64,000 bases of DNA, taken from contig NZ_JAAIYA010000026.1 in NCBI RefSeq assembly GCF_010894405.1, forward strand, positions 111,494 to 175,493, read 5' to 3'. Below the pieces are notes generated by a model, which did no database searches, was not told the DNA's origin, and saw nothing but the letters and a program-made list of their open reading frames with translations. This DNA is from Pyxidicoccus caerfyrddinensis (GTDB lineage Bacteria; Myxococcota; Myxococcia; Myxococcales; Myxococcaceae). Shown in pieces: positions 59,709-64,000 of the stretch (position 1 is the first letter of the stretch; each line of letters starts with the position of its first letter). A program made the translations under genes and the position numbers.

Positions 59709-60080
59709 ATGGGCGACACCAGCGTGAAGAAGGTCGAGAGTCGGCACTCTCCCAAGGGAGAGCTGGGGCAGAAGTACCTGGCCTCCGGCGTCCGCCTGTC
59801 CATGCGGCTGTGGGAGGACGAGCCCCCCGGAGAGCCCGCGCCCGCCACCGCCCGCGACTACGAGACGGTGGGCTTCGTGCTGAAGGGTCGCGCCGAGCTG
59901 CTCCTGGAGGGACAGGTCATCCTGCTCAACCCGGGGGATTCGTGGCTGGTGCCGCGCGGCTCCTCGCACACGTACAAGATCCTGGAGACCTTCTCCGCCG
60001 TGGAGGCCACCAGCCCGCCGGCCGCCGTGCACGGTCGCGACGAGGGCAAGGACGTGCAGAAGAAGCCCGCCAAGGCGTGA
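59709..60080 (+). CDS. Cupin-domain protein
   Basis: Internal ATG of the track ORF. GFVLKGRAELLLEGQVILLNPGDSWLVPRGSSHTY is a cupin beta-barrel motif pair. Lys-rich C-terminal tail. Confidence 0.55.
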   Translation: MGDTSVKKVESRHSPKGELGQKYLASGVRLSMRLWEDEPPGEPAPATARDYETVGFVLKGRAELLLEGQVILLNPGDSWLVPRGSSHTYKILETFSAVEATSPPAAVHGRDEGKDVQKKPAKA

Positions 60081-60155
60081 GGCCATGCGCGAGCGGGCCG
60101 CGGAAGATCGCGGCCCGCCGTCACGCCGGGCCTACCCATCCCGAGGGGCGAGACG

Positions 60156-60455
60156 CTAGTGGGCGGTGCCCTTCAGGCAGGAACCCTGGAAGCAGTCGTC
60201 GATGCAGATGTAGCCCGTCCCGAGCGACGCGCAGTCCTCATGCCGGGTGCAGGTGATGGAACACAGCGTGTCGGTCTCGACGCAGGAGAGGCCATCGTTG
60301 GTGATCTGGTGCCCGCCATTGGAGATGCACCTGGTGCTGCCGGCGCACTCGAAGTCCTCGGAGCAGCTTTCGCCGATGTCGGCCTTGCCGGTGCCGTCCT
60401 TGCCGCAGGAGGTGAGGAGCAGGACCGCGGTCGCCACGAAAAAAAGTCTATGCAT
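60156..60455 (-). CDS. Small Cys-rich lipoprotein
   Basis: Internal ATG (MHRLFFVATAVLLLTSCG has a lipobox). The mature ~80 aa carries 10 Cys in a CxxxxC/CxxxC pattern (ESCSEDFECAGSTRC...CVETDTLCSITCTRHEDCASLGTGYICIDDCFQGSC). Confidence 0.55.
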   Translation of the reverse strand: MHRLFFVATAVLLLTSCGKDGTGKADIGESCSEDFECAGSTRCISNGGHQITNDGLSCVETDTLCSITCTRHEDCASLGTGYICIDDCFQGSCLKGTAH

Positions 60456-60659
60456 CGCGAGAGCCTGATTGCCGACCGCGACATGCACAAGAAACCGGTT
60501 GTGCTCCAGATCGTGACCCGGGCTGGCGCATCCCTGACCCCGCCCCCCCGTCCGCCATGCTTCTTGTTCATACAAGCCAGAGGTGACAGGCCTTCCGGGC
60601 GACAGTGAGCCTCCGCATCTTCAGCTGCGAACCGAATGCAGACGGACGGCTGCGCCGGG

Positions 60660-61973
60660 TCATTCGCGCGGATACACGCGCGGAGCGGATTCGTCGCGCC
60701 ACAGCATCTCGAGCGTCTTGCCGGTGAGCCTGACCCGTAGCACCTCATAGCCCTCGACAGCGAAGACGTCCTCCGTCAGTGGCGAAAGGCGCGCGACCGG
60801 GCGATTGGGAAAGGCGAACCACAGCGCCCCGTCGCGATACACGACTTCGATCGGAGGGGCTCCCGCACCACTCCTCAGAAAGCGTCCCGCCAGCGGCGGC
60901 AGCTTCACGGGAGCCAGGCTGACGGGATGCATGCGCGCCTCGACGGCGACGTTCGCCCAGCGATAGTCGCCAAGCTGCTCGGGCGTCGCGCCGGGGGCCC
61001 GAGAGAGCCTGCTCAGCGCGCGCACCTGTGCCGCGTCCAGAGCCTGTGAGGAGGGAGTTTCCACGTCCGGCGCGACCCCGGCGCCCTCCCAGTTCGTATT
61101 GCTCACCGCATGCACGGGACGGCCATAGGAAACGCTGAGGATGAAGTTGGGCGCGATGGGAATCAGCTTGTTGTTGTTGGCCGCGCCCACGGTCTTGGTG
61201 CCGACCAGCTCGCCCAGCTTGAATTGCTGCACATCGTAGGCGAACGCTTCGGCAGCCGATGCTGTTTGCCCGTCGAGCAGCACATAGAGCGGCTTGCCCT
61301 GCAGTCGCCCGGCAGGGAGGTGTTCAAGGATTCGCGATTGCGAAGGCGTTTCCGAACCTTGCAGGAAGGTCAGTTCCAGTGTGTCGGGAGCCATGAAATG
61401 GCTGACCAGATAGCGGACTGCACCGTGCGAGCCGCCGCCGTTGTTGCGAAGGTCGATGATGATGGCATCGCCGTCCTTCAGGAATCGCATTGCGTCGTCG
61501 TAAGCGGTGCCGGTCTCGTCGTTGACCCACTGGAACCCGGTGATCTTCAGATAGCGGATGTTGCCCGGCAGTATCTTCATCTCCGTCAGGCCGTGATGTT
61601 CGCGGATGGCCTGGTGGCGGAAAAAGGCGTCTTCGCCCGCGGCGCTGTCCGGCGCGGCCAGCGCCGCGACGTAGGCCGCCGGATTGACCCGCAGCGAAAG
61701 ATGCCTGTCGTTGCTGACGCCACGAAGGTCCTCGGTGATCCGGTCGGCAAAGACGATGGGGTCGTCCACCTCGTAGCGTCCAGACTTTTGCAGCTGCTTC
61801 AACCGTTCGATGATCTTCGGCCGCATCTCTGGGAAGACGTAGCGCTCCTCGAACTCCGTCGAGATGGCCTGAAGCGCCGTGCCGCGCTCTTTCGGCGACA
61901 GGCGCTGTTGCGCCAGTGCGGTCGTGCAGACACAGCTCAACGCAATCAACGACGCAATCGCATGCGGTTTCAT
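60660..61973 (-). CDS. S41-family peptidase (C-terminal processing / tail-specific protease-like)
   Basis: Signal peptide MKPHAIASLIALSCVCTTALAQ. S41 core IIIDLRNNGGGSHGAV and VLLDGQTASAAEAFAYDVQ. The gene has visibly lower GC and different codon choice than its surroundings. Confidence 0.8.
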   Translation of the reverse strand: MKPHAIASLIALSCVCTTALAQQRLSPKERGTALQAISTEFEERYVFPEMRPKIIERLKQLQKSGRYEVDDPIVFADRITEDLRGVSNDRHLSLRVNPAAYVAALAAPDSAAGEDAFFRHQAIREHHGLTEMKILPGNIRYLKITGFQWVNDETGTAYDDAMRFLKDGDAIIIDLRNNGGGSHGAVRYLVSHFMAPDTLELTFLQGSETPSQSRILEHLPAGRLQGKPLYVLLDGQTASAAEAFAYDVQQFKLGELVGTKTVGAANNNKLIPIAPNFILSVSYGRPVHAVSNTNWEGAGVAPDVETPSSQALDAAQVRALSRLSRAPGATPEQLGDYRWANVAVEARMHPVSLAPVKLPPLAGRFLRSGAGAPPIEVVYRDGALWFAFPNRPVARLSPLTEDVFAVEGYEVLRVRLTGKTLEMLWRDESAPRVYPRE

Positions 61974-62415
61974 TGCTGGGGCCTCTTCCAGGAGGGTTTC
62001 GATGGTCCTGTCGACGGCATCGACAGGTCCCCATCGACTGCCTGCGCGCCAGGGGGGCGTTGCCTGGGAGCGTCACGGGCGAATATATAAGCGCTGTTAT
62101 ATGTGCGCAAGAGGTCGCTGGACTCGCGTTCGTCAGGGATGAAATCCGCGTGGTGGTGCTCGCGCCGGACTCCGGTCGCCGCCCGATTCGCCGGCCGAGG
62201 GGACCCGGCGGGGTTGCTTGGAATCACGAGGAGTGGAGGCTCGAGCCGCCATGACCAACAGGCCCAGGCTCCTGACGCGCCACTCGCGGGAGGGGGGCCT
62301 GGACATGCCCAGCACCCACGAAGCGCGTTTGGCGACACCGGCGTGCCCGCCGCGCTCGGGAAGAGACGGGAGCAGGTGCGGGTTGGGGCCGTCACCTCGA
62401 GCACCGGAGGCCCCC

Positions 62416-63087
62416 ATGGCCGAGCGCCTGCCCCGCCCCGCACCCCGCTGGAAGCGTCACCTGCCCGACCTCGCCGTGCTGCTCTTCCTGTTGGTGGGGC
62501 GCGCCAGTTTCGCGGACCACTATCACGTGCCCTCCGGCTCCATGGAGCCGACGCTGGCGGTGAAGGACCACATCCTCGTGGACAAGCGCGCCTATGGCCT
62601 GCGCGTACCGCTCACCGAGACCTGGCTCACCGAGCGCGAGCCCACCCGCGGCGACGTGGTGGTGTTCGCCCACCCACTCACAGGGACGACGATGGTGAAG
62701 CGCCTCATCGGACTGCCCGGCGACACCGTGGCTCTGGTGCAGGGGCGGCTCTGGCTCAACGGCGCCCCGGTGGAGCAGACGCTCGCGCAGGGCGTGCGTC
62801 GCGAGGCGCTGCCCGGCGCCCCCCACCCGCTCGCCCCCGAGGAGGACCAGGGGCCGGACTTCGGCCCGCTGCAGGTGCCCGCGGGCGAGTACCTGATGCT
62901 GGGCGACCACCGGGGCAACTCCGCCGACAGCCGCTTCTGGGGCCTGGTCCCCCGCGCCAGGCTGCTCGGGCGCGCGGTGTCCGTGGTGTACAGCGCGCGC
63001 GACGGGCTCTCCGGCACCGAGCGCCTGTGGCTGCCGCTCACCCCGGGCAGCGAGGACTCCCGGCTGCTGGAGCCGCGGCGGGACTGA
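62416..63087 (+). CDS. lepB: Signal peptidase I
   Basis: TM anchor, catalytic Ser box SGSMEPTL, Lys box VKRLIGLPGD, and GDHRGNSADSRFWG box. Start at the internal ATG of the track ORF. Confidence 0.85.
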   Translation: MAERLPRPAPRWKRHLPDLAVLLFLLVGRASFADHYHVPSGSMEPTLAVKDHILVDKRAYGLRVPLTETWLTEREPTRGDVVVFAHPLTGTTMVKRLIGLPGDTVALVQGRLWLNGAPVEQTLAQGVRREALPGAPHPLAPEEDQGPDFGPLQVPAGEYLMLGDHRGNSADSRFWGLVPRARLLGRAVSVVYSARDGLSGTERLWLPLTPGSEDSRLLEPRRD

Positions 63088-63764
63088 GGCCGCTCGGGCC
63101 TGGACGCGCTGGCATCCAGCCCAAGGCCGCCCCGCCGGTGCCGCCGCGCGCGAGCAGGGTAGCTGCGGCCCTTGATGCCCACCAGCACCTGGCCGCTGGG
63201 GCACAGGTCCGCGAAGTAGGTGCCACCCGTGCCGCCCAGGGGGCCGAAGTCATGGGCGGTGCCGAGTGAGCCATTGCGTGTGGGTGACCGCCGACGCAAC
63301 GGACGCACCAGTCCGAGCCGTCATCGAAAACCTGATCGGCTCCTTCGCGGGCGAGGAGTGAAACCGTGAGTCGTGAGAGGATTCAATGATCAAACGTCAT
63401 CCACGAGCAGCGGCTCGCCAGATTTGGAATAATCAAAAATATACGTCGTGTATGTGAAAACACCCGGAAGGACTTTTCCGCTCCATTGGCAGACGTCTCA
63501 CACCAGACCTCGAGAACAAACTGCGGGTCGAGCAGCGCCTCGCCGGAATGCGCTTCCAGCAGGCCGACCCCATGTGTGAGATCTCCCCTCATGGGTGCAC
63601 GATTTCGCTCTTGCTTCAGCATTTCCGCGCCTGTCACAGCCCGTGTCTCCCGGGGGCAGGCGATTCACGGCCCGTACGACAGCTTCCCCGCCGAACGGCC
63701 TTTCACGTTTCAGCAGTCATTTCGATGTATTCTTGTTTGATTCCTGAAGTCTAGTGTTGCGGGC

Positions 63765-64000
63765 ATGCGTACCCCCACCTCGATCAGCGGCCAGCTCGAG
63801 CTGCATGCCGCCGCGCAGCCCCATCGGCTCGCCTACCGCTACCTGACGACTGGTGACGCGGATGGGCCGGTGGAGACGCTGACGTGGGCGGAGCTGGACC
63901 GCCGGGTGCGCGCCGTGGCGGCGGCCCTGCAACGCGCCGGTGCCGAGGGGCAGCGGGCGCTGCTCCTGTACCCGCCGGGGCTCGACTTCGTCGTGGCGTT
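63765..64000 (+). CDS. Fatty acyl-AMP ligase / AMP-dependent synthetase, N-terminal fragment (continues beyond the window)
   Basis: MRTPTSISGQLELHAAAQPHRLAYRYLTTGDADGPVETLTWAELDRRVRAVAAALQRAGAEGQRALLLYPPGLDFVVA is a typical FAAL/acyl-CoA synthetase N-terminus. Confidence 0.55.
   Translation, partial: MRTPTSISGQLELHAAAQPHRLAYRYLTTGDADGPVETLTWAELDRRVRAVAAALQRAGAEGQRALLLYPPGLDFVVA

Overview
This window is high-GC (about 70%) chromosomal DNA that looks myxobacterial. A beta-propeller phytase carries a MYXO-CTERM-type C-terminal sorting tail, lipoproteins are abundant, sigma-54 regulation is present, and codon third positions are strongly G/C biased. I saw no CRISPR array, transposase, integrase or rRNA gene.

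Gene content, start to end:
- 1-2630: two divergently transcribed GT4 glycosyltransferase genes.
- 3179-23911 (minus strand): a tightly coupled three-gene operon of about 20.7 kb encoding giant proteins of 757, 3472 and 2667 aa. None has a signal peptide, nucleotide-binding motif, or motifs of the Rhs/YD, Tc-toxin, NRPS/PKS, RTX or adhesin families. I regard this as the most likely undescribed system in the window.
- 24034-29538: small secreted, lipoprotein and NADAR-family genes.
- 29549-32963: a sigma-54 activator divergent from a flotillin/SPFH gene that has a candidate sigma-54 promoter.
- 34065-38371: a GDP-sugar locus (gmd, rmd, methyltransferase, GT2-like, class-V aminotransferase).
- 38514-41628: a MYXO-CTERM phytase and a 5'-nucleotidase lipoprotein.
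- 42353-47853 (minus strand): an operon of two tandem Hsp70-like paralogs with non-canonical C-terminal regions, then a small membrane protein, with tRNA-Ala(CGC) upstream.
- 48058-50445: a TPR membrane protein.
- 50762-55992: a heme O synthase (CtaB/CyoE), ABC ATPase, ABC-2 permease and cupredoxin-like lipoprotein cluster, followed by a lipase-maturation-factor family protein.
- 55940-58959 (minus strand): a His-rich CpxP/Spy-like periplasmic protein, an OmpR-type response regulator and a histidine kinase.
- 59299-64000: cspA, a cupin protein, a Cys-rich lipoprotein, an S41 peptidase on a lower-GC patch, signal peptidase I, and the start of an acyl-AMP ligase.

The large plus-strand ORFs that overlap the giant genes are antisense artefacts. 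All family assignments come from motifs read directly off the translations and need database confirmation.
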